Part shown: one piece after another, positions 26,514 through 33,780 of the stretch
Layout: every line of letters begins with the position of its first letter
Numbering within the stretch: position 1 is the stretch's first letter
NCBI GenBank assembly: GCA_012837925.1
Contig: DUQE01000099.1
Location: 1-60,706 of the forward strand
Source: Bacillota bacterium
Lineage (GTDB): Bacteria; Bacillota; Limnochordia; Darwinibacteriales; Darwinibacteriaceae
Length of the DNA stretch: 60,706 nucleotides
Direction: 5' to 3'
Notes under the pieces: generated by a model
Databases searched by the model: none
Told to the model about the DNA's origin: nothing
What the model saw: only the letters and a program-made list of their open reading frames with translations
Position numbers and translations under genes: made by a program

Positions 26514-26523
26514 GGGGATTCGT

Positions 26524-27405
26524 GTGGAGATTAATAGTGCGAGTCAGTTATTAGAACTATGTGCCGAGCGCAACCAGGATATAGCCCGAGTTGTCGCCGA
26601 ATACGAAGCTTTCCGCGGCAATACTTCCTACGAGGAAGTGAGGGAGCAAATGCGGGAAACACTGCGCGTGATGCGTGCCTCGGTGGAAAATGGTATGCAG
26701 GATAAGGGAGAAAGAACCCATATCATTACTGGTTATGGACACCAGTTTCAACAGGGGTGTAACGAAGGAAAAGTCTTGGGCGGTTCACTTCTGCAAAATG
26801 TTGTTCTCTATGCGCTGGCCGTTGGTCAGCATAATGCCGGCGTGGGCCGAATTGTCGCCTGCCCTACGGCGGGAGCCTGTGGCGTTGTTCCAGGGGCGGT
26901 ACTTGCTGTTGCAGATGAACTGCAAAGTAGCGACGAGGAACTTGTCGACGCCCTCTTTGTTATGGGGGGAGTGGGCATTGTTTCTGCCGCGCAAGGTCCC
27001 ATTAGTGGCGCTGAAGGTGGATGCCAGAGTGAATGCGGCGTAGCGTCGTCTATGGCTGCAGGAGCCGTTGTTTATTTGATGGGTGGGTCAGGGGAACAGA
27101 TTTTCGAGGCTGCTTCTTTGGCATTACAGAGCCATCTCGGCCTCGTGTGTGATCCGCTGGCGTCTCTTGTGGAGGTTCCTTGCGTTACTCGTAATGCTAC
27201 ATCGGCAACGACAGCTATCGTTGCTGCTAATATGGTCATGGCCGGGATCCCAGGCGTGATACCCTATGACGAGACCGTTGTGGCTATGAAGCAAATTGGC
27301 AAGAGCATGCCAGAGAGTCTGCGTGAGACGTCCAAGGGCGGACTGGCCGCTAGCCCAACGGGTAGAAGGCTGTACAAGGAACTTTTGGACAAGCATAGCC
27401 TATAG
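26524..27405 (+). CDS. sdaAA: L-serine dehydratase, iron-sulfur-dependent, alpha subunit
   Basis: Cluster and active-site blocks are ACPTAGACGVVPG, GGCQSECG and LVCDPLASLVEVPC. Confidence 0.9.
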   Translation: MEINSASQLLELCAERNQDIARVVAEYEAFRGNTSYEEVREQMRETLRVMRASVENGMQDKGERTHIITGYGHQFQQGCNEGKVLGGSLLQNVVLYALAVGQHNAGVGRIVACPTAGACGVVPGAVLAVADELQSSDEELVDALFVMGGVGIVSAAQGPISGAEGGCQSECGVASSMAAGAVVYLMGGSGEQIFEAASLALQSHLGLVCDPLASLVEVPCVTRNATSATTAIVAANMVMAGIPGVIPYDETVVAMKQIGKSMPESLRETSKGGLAASPTGRRLYKELLDKHSL

Positions 27406-27411
27406 CAAAAA

Positions 27412-27445
27412 AGGCGATTCAGCGTAAAACGCTAAATCGCCTTTG
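27412..27445. terminator. Hairpin terminator shared by sdaAA (+) and tRNA-Asp (-)
   Basis: Stem is AGGCGATT.AGCG / CGCT.AATCGCCT. An A-run lies 5' on the plus strand, which reads as a T-run 3' on the minus strand. Confidence 0.7.
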
Positions 27446-27455
27446 AGGCAAAAAA

Positions 27456-27532
27456 TGGCGGAACCGACGAGACTCGAACTCGCGATCTTCGGCGTGACAG
27501 GCCGACGTGTTAACCAACTACACCACGGCTCC
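27456..27532 (-). tRNA. tRNA-Asp (anticodon GUC), CCA encoded
   Basis: The reverse complement is GGAGCCGTGGTGTAGTTGGTTAACAC..GGCCTGTCACGCC..GGTTCGAGTC..CGGTTCCGCCA. Anticodon loop is CT-GTC-AC. Confidence 0.92.
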
Positions 27533-27543
27533 AAGCAATATAT

Positions 27544-27572
27544 ATTATACAAGTGATTCTCGTTTTTAGCAA
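27544..27572 (-). promoter_or_regulatory. Consensus sigma-A promoter for tRNA-Asp
   Basis: On the minus strand: TTGCTA, a 17-nt spacer and TATAAT. It ends about 11 nt upstream of the tRNA 5' end. Confidence 0.75.
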
Positions 27573-27610
27573 GAGCTTTTTCTACTTCACCAAGAGAAGG
27601 GAGGATTCCC

Positions 27611-28030
27611 ATGCGTCGTAGAGGAGTCATCATTGAAATAACCGACAAAGAAGTGGTGGTGGAGATTCAAGATCCCACTCGCACCTGCGGTAGCTGTAAA
27701 GGATGTATCCGCCTCACGCCTGACAGACCGCCCGAGGATTATATCGTTCGCACGCGCAAACCCCGCAATCATTATGAGGTGGGGGATGAAGTCATTTTAG
27801 ACGGCGAGATTGGTCCCCTGGTCAAGGCGTTAATAGTGCTGTACGGTATTCCTTTTGCCTCGCTTTTTATCGGTTATGTTGTCACTCGTTTGATCTCTGG
27901 TAGCGATCCCATGGCCGGGCTTGGTGGCGTGGCAGGTTTATTGCTTGGTGCTGTCATTGCTCGCAAACTGACCCGCCGTTTCTTTGATCATGACGCCGAG
28001 TTTCGCATTGTAGCGCGAGCCTGTTCATAG
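27611..28030 (+). CDS. RseC/MucC (SoxR-reducing-system) family membrane protein
   Basis: An N-terminal beta domain carrying CGSCKGC is followed by two TM helices. RBS is GAAGGGAGG. Confidence 0.75.
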   Translation: MRRRGVIIEITDKEVVVEIQDPTRTCGSCKGCIRLTPDRPPEDYIVRTRKPRNHYEVGDEVILDGEIGPLVKALIVLYGIPFASLFIGYVVTRLISGSDPMAGLGGVAGLLLGAVIARKLTRRFFDHDAEFRIVARACS

Positions 28031-28041
28031 GAGGAATGCAC

Positions 28042-28938
28042 ATGTCGTTAGTTGCAACGGAGATTACCAAGCGGTTTCGTGATGTTACCGCGGTCGATGG
28101 CTTGAGTTTTACTGTTCAAGAGGGGGCGCTTTTTGGTTTTTTAGGTCCCAATGGTGCCGGAAAAACAACGACGATGCGTGTGGTCTTGGGGATTATCAAG
28201 GCCGACGAAGGGCAAGTGACATGGAAAGGGGAGCCCTTCCACCGACTAGGGAGGGGCTTTTTTGGGTACTTGCCCGAAGAACGTGGATTGTATCCCAAAA
28301 TGCGGGTGGCCGAGCATCTTTCGTTCTTGGGGCGCATCAACGGACTTGACAAGCACAAGGCTCGAAGAGAAGCCGAACGATGGATCGAACGTTTCAATAT
28401 TGGTGACCTGAGTCGTAAGCGCATTGAAGAGTTGTCAAAGGGCAACCAGCAGAAAGTACAAACAATCGGAACGATGTTGCATGATCCAGAACTTCTGATC
28501 CTGGATGAGCCTTTTAGCGGCTTAGATCCAGTGAACACCGCTTTGCTCAAAGAAGTGTTGATGGAGTCCCACAAGAGAGGAAAGACGATCATTTTTTCCA
28601 GCCATCGCATGGACCAGGTGGAAGAAATCTGCGAGGATATCGTGTTGATCAACCGCGGGCGGATGATTTTGCATGGCAATTTGCGTCAAATCAAAAAATC
28701 CATGGGTCGGCAGATTCTGAGGGTTTCCCTGGAAGGAGATGTGGACTTCTGGGCCAAGATACCAGGCCTGGATCTCTTGGCATCTCGTGCCGATTATCAA
28801 GAGTTCCGTCTCGGCGATGGCGTCGATCCCAACGATGTATTGCGTGCCGCGATGCGAGCAGGACAAGTTGTCCGCTTTGAACTGGTCGAACCATCCTTGG
28901 ATCAGATTTTCGTGGAGAAGGTAGGTGCTACCGCATGA
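28042..28938 (+). CDS. ABC transporter ATP-binding protein (NatA-like)
   Basis: Walker A is GPNGAGKTT, the signature is LSKGNQQK, and Walker B is LLILDEPFSGLD. I preferred the second ATG (28042) for RBS spacing. Confidence 0.9.
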   Translation: MSLVATEITKRFRDVTAVDGLSFTVQEGALFGFLGPNGAGKTTTMRVVLGIIKADEGQVTWKGEPFHRLGRGFFGYLPEERGLYPKMRVAEHLSFLGRINGLDKHKARREAERWIERFNIGDLSRKRIEELSKGNQQKVQTIGTMLHDPELLILDEPFSGLDPVNTALLKEVLMESHKRGKTIIFSSHRMDQVEEICEDIVLINRGRMILHGNLRQIKKSMGRQILRVSLEGDVDFWAKIPGLDLLASRADYQEFRLGDGVDPNDVLRAAMRAGQVVRFELVEPSLDQIFVEKVGATA

Positions 28939-30191
28939 GCATGATACCCGTTTTGGTTCAACGCGAGTTTAGCTCTCGGGTGAAGGGAACCGCATACATC
29001 GTGACGACGATCATTGGTGTCCTGGTCTTTGTGGCGTTATCCTTTCTCCCTCCCATTATGCAGCGCATTTCATCGAGCCTGGCTCCCGGAGCTATTGAGC
29101 TTATAGTTTACGAGCAGCCCGGGGAAGAAAGCATTGTACCCTATCTGGAGCAGGTGGGTGCTGAACGCGAGGGTTTCATAGTGCATCCTGCTGGCACCTT
29201 TGACGAAAGCGAAGCATATCGCAAGGTTTTGGATGAAGGGTTATCGGGCTTGTTGCTCGTTGATGGACCTTTGTATACGTTTGTAACAACCGATGCGAGC
29301 AACATGATGCTCAACGATGAGATTCAAATTGTACTTAATCAGGCGGTAAGTCGCTGGAATGCCGTTCGTCTAGGTCTTTCAGCTGATGACGTGGCCAGTC
29401 TGTTTGGTCGTGTCGATTTTCGTGTGCGTGAGGTATCACCTTTAGGGGAAGATGGTGAGGAGATCGACAGTGCAGCCCAGGGTCAGGCTATGATCTTGGC
29501 GTACTTCTTGTTGTTTATGATCTACATGGCTTTGGTCATGTACGGTAACATGGTGGCCACAGGAGTCGCGGAAGAGAAGAGTTCACGGATTATGGAAGTA
29601 ATGGTTTCCACGGTAAAACCCCTAGAGTTGATGCTTGGAAAGATCATTGGTGTGGGTTCTTTGGGGCTCCTGCAGTTTTTTATCTGGATTGGGACAGGTT
29701 TGGTCATGAACACCTTAGGCAACTCAGGGGTTTTTGACTCGCTTCTGGGTGCCAGTGCGGCACTGAGTTCTATTCCTCTGGAAACGGTGTTATGGTTTGG
29801 TCTCTACTTTGTCTTGGGGTACTTTCTCTACGCTTCGGTTTTTGCAGCGGCTGGCGCTTTAGTGGCTCGGGTTGAAGAAGTGAGCCAGGTGGTGACCATT
29901 ATCATGATGATCATCATGGTGGGGTTTTTCGCAGCGTATATCTCTTTCCTTAATCCCAATAGTGGTCTTGCCAGAGTAGCATCGTTGGTTCCCTTTACAT
30001 CGCCCATGGTCATGTTTTCCCGCATTGTGCTGGGAAGCCCATCTCTTCTGGAGGTCATGGCGTCGGTTGTGATCTTGGTGGCGTCGGTACTACTTGGTGC
30101 TTGGATTTCCGCGAAGATCTATCGTATTGGAGTATTGATGTATGGCAAGCGTCTGTCTCTGCGCCAGGTAGTCATGCTCATGAGAGATTAA
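28935..30191 (+). CDS. ABC-2 family permease (NatB-like)
   Basis: It has an N-terminal TM, a large extracytoplasmic loop and then a five-TM bundle. The ATGA start overlaps the ATPase stop. Confidence 0.8.
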   Translation: MSMIPVLVQREFSSRVKGTAYIVTTIIGVLVFVALSFLPPIMQRISSSLAPGAIELIVYEQPGEESIVPYLEQVGAEREGFIVHPAGTFDESEAYRKVLDEGLSGLLLVDGPLYTFVTTDASNMMLNDEIQIVLNQAVSRWNAVRLGLSADDVASLFGRVDFRVREVSPLGEDGEEIDSAAQGQAMILAYFLLFMIYMALVMYGNMVATGVAEEKSSRIMEVMVSTVKPLELMLGKIIGVGSLGLLQFFIWIGTGLVMNTLGNSGVFDSLLGASAALSSIPLETVLWFGLYFVLGYFLYASVFAAAGALVARVEEVSQVVTIIMMIIMVGFFAAYISFLNPNSGLARVASLVPFTSPMVMFSRIVLGSPSLLEVMASVVILVASVLLGAWISAKIYRIGVLMYGKRLSLRQVVMLMRD

Positions 30192-30211
30192 TCAACAGTG
30201 GGGAGATTCGT

Positions 30212-31294
30212 ATGCGCGTTCACTCTGCAAGTCACCAATGGAACTTGCCGTCGAAGAATTTGACCCAGGTTTTGATCAGACTCCTGGCGGAGCATGATGT
30301 TCTGCGCGGTGTTGTTACCCGCGTCACTCCTGCCTCGGTGTCGGTTTTGCTGCATGCGAAGGACGTTGAAGTTGAGTTACCGTTAAAAGGTCATTCATTC
30401 GTAGAGGGACAGCTTGTAGAAATTACCCGGCCTGACGAACAGGCCATTGCGGTCAAGTTACTTGCTCCCAATTCGGATTGGCAAACGGCAGTGACGAGTG
30501 AACAAAGAGTCTTAGTGACGAGTCAGTTAGAGCAAGTCTTGGTCGAGCTGAATATTCCACCAACAGAAGAAGCGGTTCTTGTGGGACAGGGTCTCTTGGA
30601 GAGGGGTTTTGCCCTTCAGGAGTCTCTTGTGTGGTCTCTGCTTCCCTGGGCCGAAGCGGGTCAGTTAGAGGAGGCTTTCATGCTCCTGGAAGCTCGGTAT
30701 CCTCTGAATCCGGAACTTGTGGCCATGGTACGAAGCATGAAGGGAAAAAGTCCAGAAGAACCCATTCTACGAGATGTACGGCAGAGCTTACCTCCGGATC
30801 TTCAAAGACTCTTGGAAAGACCCAGCATGGACGGCCGCGTCCGCTGGAGTCGTCGCTTTTCGGAAGGGGAGACCTTTAAAGCGCTGGCGCGCTTGCTTGT
30901 GGAGGAGAAATTTGTTGAATCTATCATCAACAGGGAACACGCCCCGAACCGCTTTGACCATGTGTTTGCTTTGCCCTTCCTTCAGGGTGATGATCTGTAT
31001 GCAGCCTGGGTTCGCATTTCGCGTGAAGAGCAGACGGAACGAGAGAATGAAAACGAGGACACGTGTCATCGTATAGAATTGGAGATTCCCACTGCGACCC
31101 TAGGTATGGTGGGTCTAGAACTCATTGTACAGGGAAAGAGATTGGACGTAACGCTCCTTATTGACCAGCCTACGGAGCAAATTGAGGATGCCATGGTGGA
31201 GCTGCGACGAGAACTCGCAACATCGGGATGGAACCTCAGGGAGTTGAAGGTTAGGAGATGGGCTGATGCGCAAGGCAGTCGCATTACGGTATGA
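30212..31294 (+). CDS. FliK-like protein (C-terminal hook-length-control / Flg_hook-like domain)
   Basis: I set the start to ATG 30212 with RBS GTGGGGAG. The C-terminal block IELEIPTATLGMVGLELIVQGKRLDVTLLIDQPTEQIEDAMVELRRELATSGWNLRELKV resembles the FliK C-terminal domain pattern. The assignment was made by eye. Confidence 0.5.
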   Translation: MRVHSASHQWNLPSKNLTQVLIRLLAEHDVLRGVVTRVTPASVSVLLHAKDVEVELPLKGHSFVEGQLVEITRPDEQAIAVKLLAPNSDWQTAVTSEQRVLVTSQLEQVLVELNIPPTEEAVLVGQGLLERGFALQESLVWSLLPWAEAGQLEEAFMLLEARYPLNPELVAMVRSMKGKSPEEPILRDVRQSLPPDLQRLLERPSMDGRVRWSRRFSEGETFKALARLLVEEKFVESIINREHAPNRFDHVFALPFLQGDDLYAAWVRISREEQTERENENEDTCHRIELEIPTATLGMVGLELIVQGKRLDVTLLIDQPTEQIEDAMVELRRELATSGWNLRELKVRRWADAQGSRITV

Positions 31295-31553
31295 CCGGCA
31301 GAAAAATCAAGCCCCGGAAGTTGTTGCTTCGGGGCAGGGTTTAATCGCGGAAAAAATCATGGAGATTGCGGCTCAGAACCGGGTGCCTTTTTATGAACAC
31401 CATGCCTTGGTTGAGGCCTTGGCTGCTTTACCCTTAGGTTCGGAAATTCCGCCAGAACTTTATGACCTAGTTGCCAAGATTTTGGCCTTTGTCTTGCGAC
31501 TCGACGAAGAGCAAGGCCGAGACGAAAGCGGTGATCGGAATAGCCAGGGTTAG
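31266..31553 (+). CDS. Stand-alone FlhB/EscU C-terminal (post-NPTH) domain protein, YlqH-like
   Basis: KAVALRYDRQKNQAPEVVASGQGLIAEKIMEIAAQNRVPFYEHHALVEALAALPLGSEIPPELYDLVAKILAFV matches the conserved FlhB-CC core. The product has no TM domain and no NPTH. Confidence 0.75.
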   Translation: MRKAVALRYDRQKNQAPEVVASGQGLIAEKIMEIAAQNRVPFYEHHALVEALAALPLGSEIPPELYDLVAKILAFVLRLDEEQGRDESGDRNSQG

Positions 31554-32561
31554 ACCAATACTCCCTGCCATCGCACGGATAATTTCGGAGGCTACCATAT
31601 CTAGGTTCAACACGTCACTCCAACTACTGTCACTTGCCTGGAACAGAAGCAGGAGGGGTAGCGAAGAACCAACATAGGCAAGGATTAAGGTGTTGGACAT
31701 TGTGGCAATGAGGTCTTTGCCCACGGCAATTCCTCGAGTGAAAAGAGTCTTGAAGTCGGTTGTAGGATCGGCTTCTTTTATTTGCTCCATGGATGACGCA
31801 ATGCTGATACCAACGTCCAGAATGGCTCCTAAGGCGCCAACAATCATCCCGGAGAAGAGCAGCCCCTGAAAGTCAATGGAGGTATCCATGTACTGAAGAA
31901 TCTGGGCTTCGCTGGAAGACAGACCCGTGAGGTAACCTGCTTTTCCGATCACAAAGGCCAAAAGACCAGCGGTGAGCAGACCTCCCACCGTTCCGCACAC
32001 GGCTGCAGCTGTCTTTTTGCTGTAACCGCTCACAAATAGGATGAAAAACAGAGTCATAAGGGACGACAAACCCACGGTTACGAAAATGGGATTATAGCCT
32101 CGCAGAACGAGGGGAAGGATCATGGTTACGATGACGATCCCCATGCCAATGAGTGAAAACACGGCTTTGACGCCCTGACGGCCTCCAATCACAATGACAG
32201 AGAGAATAAAAAGGGCTGTAATGATAGCTAGTGGAGTGCCTCTTGCATAGTCACTCAAGTAATAATCGGGGGTAGTGCCACTAAAATCGGCTTCAAGGAT
32301 CACCTTGTCGCCCGCCTTTACGACGAGATCGAAATAGGGGTGACCGGTCAGCGTGTGCAGGATCTCGATTGTCTGGTTCTTGTGGGGTCCATTGAGGAGA
32401 CGCACCGTGACAATTTGGCTTTCCCACACTTCTTCTTCATAGGGCTGCGGACCCGCTGCTTCTACACGGAGAACGCGCCCTTGGTAGCTTTCGGCCAAGC
32501 AACTGCCGCTCAAGACTAGAACGAGAAAGAGAGCGCCAAGGATTTGCAGATATTTTCTCAC
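31467..32561 (-). CDS. YibE/F family membrane protein
   Basis: A signal/TM and an extracytoplasmic beta domain are followed by a multi-TM YibE/F-like core. I chose start GTG 32561 with RBS GGAGG 8 nt upstream. The ORF-track start at 32672 would overlap the toxin gene. Confidence 0.7.
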   Translation of the reverse strand: MRKYLQILGALFLVLVLSGSCLAESYQGRVLRVEAAGPQPYEEEVWESQIVTVRLLNGPHKNQTIEILHTLTGHPYFDLVVKAGDKVILEADFSGTTPDYYLSDYARGTPLAIITALFILSVIVIGGRQGVKAVFSLIGMGIVIVTMILPLVLRGYNPIFVTVGLSSLMTLFFILFVSGYSKKTAAAVCGTVGGLLTAGLLAFVIGKAGYLTGLSSSEAQILQYMDTSIDFQGLLFSGMIVGALGAILDVGISIASSMEQIKEADPTTDFKTLFTRGIAVGKDLIATMSNTLILAYVGSSLPLLLLFQASDSSWSDVLNLDMVASEIIRAMAGSIGLTLAIPITAFVSALLFVESQDKGQNLGN

Positions 32562-32665
32562 AAGATTACCTCCAGCTCGTAGCATGACTGTGAGTTTCAT
32601 TATAGCACGGAGAGTATTTTGTTGGAAGTTTCTCACGGTCGAAATCCACAACACGCAGGCCAGCT

Positions 32666-32977
32666 CTAACAAAGAACGGAATCTGATGCTTTCAGGTAAC
32701 GCTTGAGTTGCTCATAAAAGTTCTCTCTTGTTCCAGCAAGTACTACAACTACGCGTTTCCCATTGTCCTCTCGGATAGCGTAGGCAATTTCGTAATTGAC
32801 CTTGTGGTAGCGAAGGTCGTAACCGAAGAAACCAGATAAGTCACCCTTCTTTTGGCTTCCGCAGTATGGATCTGCTGCAATCTCCAAGAGCGCCTTCTCA
32901 AAAGCTCCTTTCAAGGTTTTGTCCTTAAGCTTCTTGAAATAGCGCTCTGCAGATGGACTGAAGAGTAGCTCATACAT
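32666..32977 (-). CDS. RelE/ParE-superfamily type II toxin
   Basis: This 103-aa product has the typical pattern ...KKLKDKTLKGAFEKALLEIAADP...G..KKGDL.G...YDLRY..VNYEIAYAI. It lies 2 nt downstream of the antitoxin gene. Confidence 0.8.
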   Translation of the reverse strand: MYELLFSPSAERYFKKLKDKTLKGAFEKALLEIAADPYCGSQKKGDLSGFFGYDLRYHKVNYEIAYAIREDNGKRVVVVLAGTRENFYEQLKRYLKASDSVLC

Positions 32978-32979
32978 AA

Positions 32980-33354
32980 TCAGTTCTCCGAGTCAAAAAT
33001 GTCTTCAAAAGTGGCAGAAGGAATGGATCCTTCGGCTATTTTGTCTACGTCCTCAGCCATTCTCCGAATGGCTCCTCGAAAATTAGCTTGTTCAATTTTG
33101 AATTGACGAACAAGTTCATCACCAGAAAAACCTTTTGCCACTAGATCCTCGAGTATATTTACAGCAAACTCATCAGAAACGTGGCGCAGCAAGGGGCGAA
33201 TTACAATCGAGCCATTTTCTAGCGAACACTCCACCTCGGCACCTAGATCCAGATCTTCGAAAAATTCTAGGGGGATCGTGATCTGCCGTTTCTTGGATAC
33301 TCGAATGATTTTGCTTTCCTTCATATGGTCACGCTCCACTAGGCTGATTTCCAT
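32980..33354 (-). CDS. AbrB/MazE/SpoVT-fold antitoxin
   Basis: The SpoVT_AbrB swapped-hairpin motif is IIRVSKKRQITIPLEFFEDLDLGAEVECSLENGSIVIRP. Start ATG 33354 has RBS AAGGAG. Confidence 0.78.
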   Translation of the reverse strand: MEISLVERDHMKESKIIRVSKKRQITIPLEFFEDLDLGAEVECSLENGSIVIRPLLRHVSDEFAVNILEDLVAKGFSGDELVRQFKIEQANFRGAIRRMAEDVDKIAEGSIPSATFEDIFDSEN

Positions 33355-33413
33355 GTTTGTCACTCCTTTAGCATATGTCGATTCTCTGCAAGTATACACC
33401 TTTCTTTGAAATC

Positions 33414-33442
33414 ATTATAACAAAGAAACAAAGAAAGTACAA
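33414..33442 (-). promoter_or_regulatory. Promoter of the toxin-antitoxin operon
   Basis: On the minus strand: TTGTAC, a 17-nt spacer and TATAAT. Confidence 0.6.
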
Positions 33443-33514
33443 TGATGGTTGCGTCATATCGTCCAAACCCCAAATTTCCTTGGACGGGCTCAGTCGAAAT
33501 CCGCAAAAGTACTC

Positions 33515-33543
33515 TTGACTTTGGTGTAGCCCCTCTGTATAAT
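33515..33543 (+). promoter_or_regulatory. Consensus sigma-A promoter for tRNA-Met
   Basis: TTGACT (33515-33520), a 17-nt spacer and TATAAT (33538-33543). It ends 13 nt before the tRNA 5' end. Confidence 0.8.
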
Positions 33544-33556
33544 AAGAAAGTGTCAT

Positions 33557-33633
33557 GGCGGCGTAGCTCAGTTGGTCAGAGCATACGGTTCATACCCGTA
33601 GAGTCGCTGGTTCAAATCCAGCCGCCGCTACCA
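33557..33633 (+). tRNA. tRNA with CAU anticodon, elongator-Met type (Ile2/lysidine identity not excluded)
   Basis: GGCGGCGTAGCTCAGTTGGTCAGAGC..ACGGTTCATACCCGT..GGTTCAAATCC..CGCCGCTACCA. It lacks the GGG/CCC anticodon stem of an initiator tRNA. Confidence 0.88.
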
Positions 33634-33647
33634 AAAAAACCAACAAT

Positions 33648-33673
33648 ACCCTACAAAATCTGTAGGGTTTTTT
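33648..33673 (+). terminator. Intrinsic terminator after tRNA-Met
   Basis: ACCCTACA-AAATC-TGTAGGGT is followed by TTTTT. Confidence 0.8.
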
Positions 33674-33780
33674 CGTATGTTTCGAAATAATGGGAATAAA
33701 AGCCTGCTGGTGCCACACACTTCGACAGAGCATCCGGCTCCATCCTGCTAAAGTAGATGATGGTCGAAGGAGATGATTGC

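Noticed and set aside
27400-27648. 82-aa minus-strand ORF.
   Set aside because: It is the shadow of tRNA-Asp (27456-27532) and its promoter and terminator. It has no RBS or protein-like features.
33557-33633. Initiator tRNA-fMet identity for the CAU tRNA.
   Set aside because: The anticodon stem lacks the three consecutive G-C pairs, and the 1-72 position is G-U rather than a C-A mismatch. I called it elongator-type.
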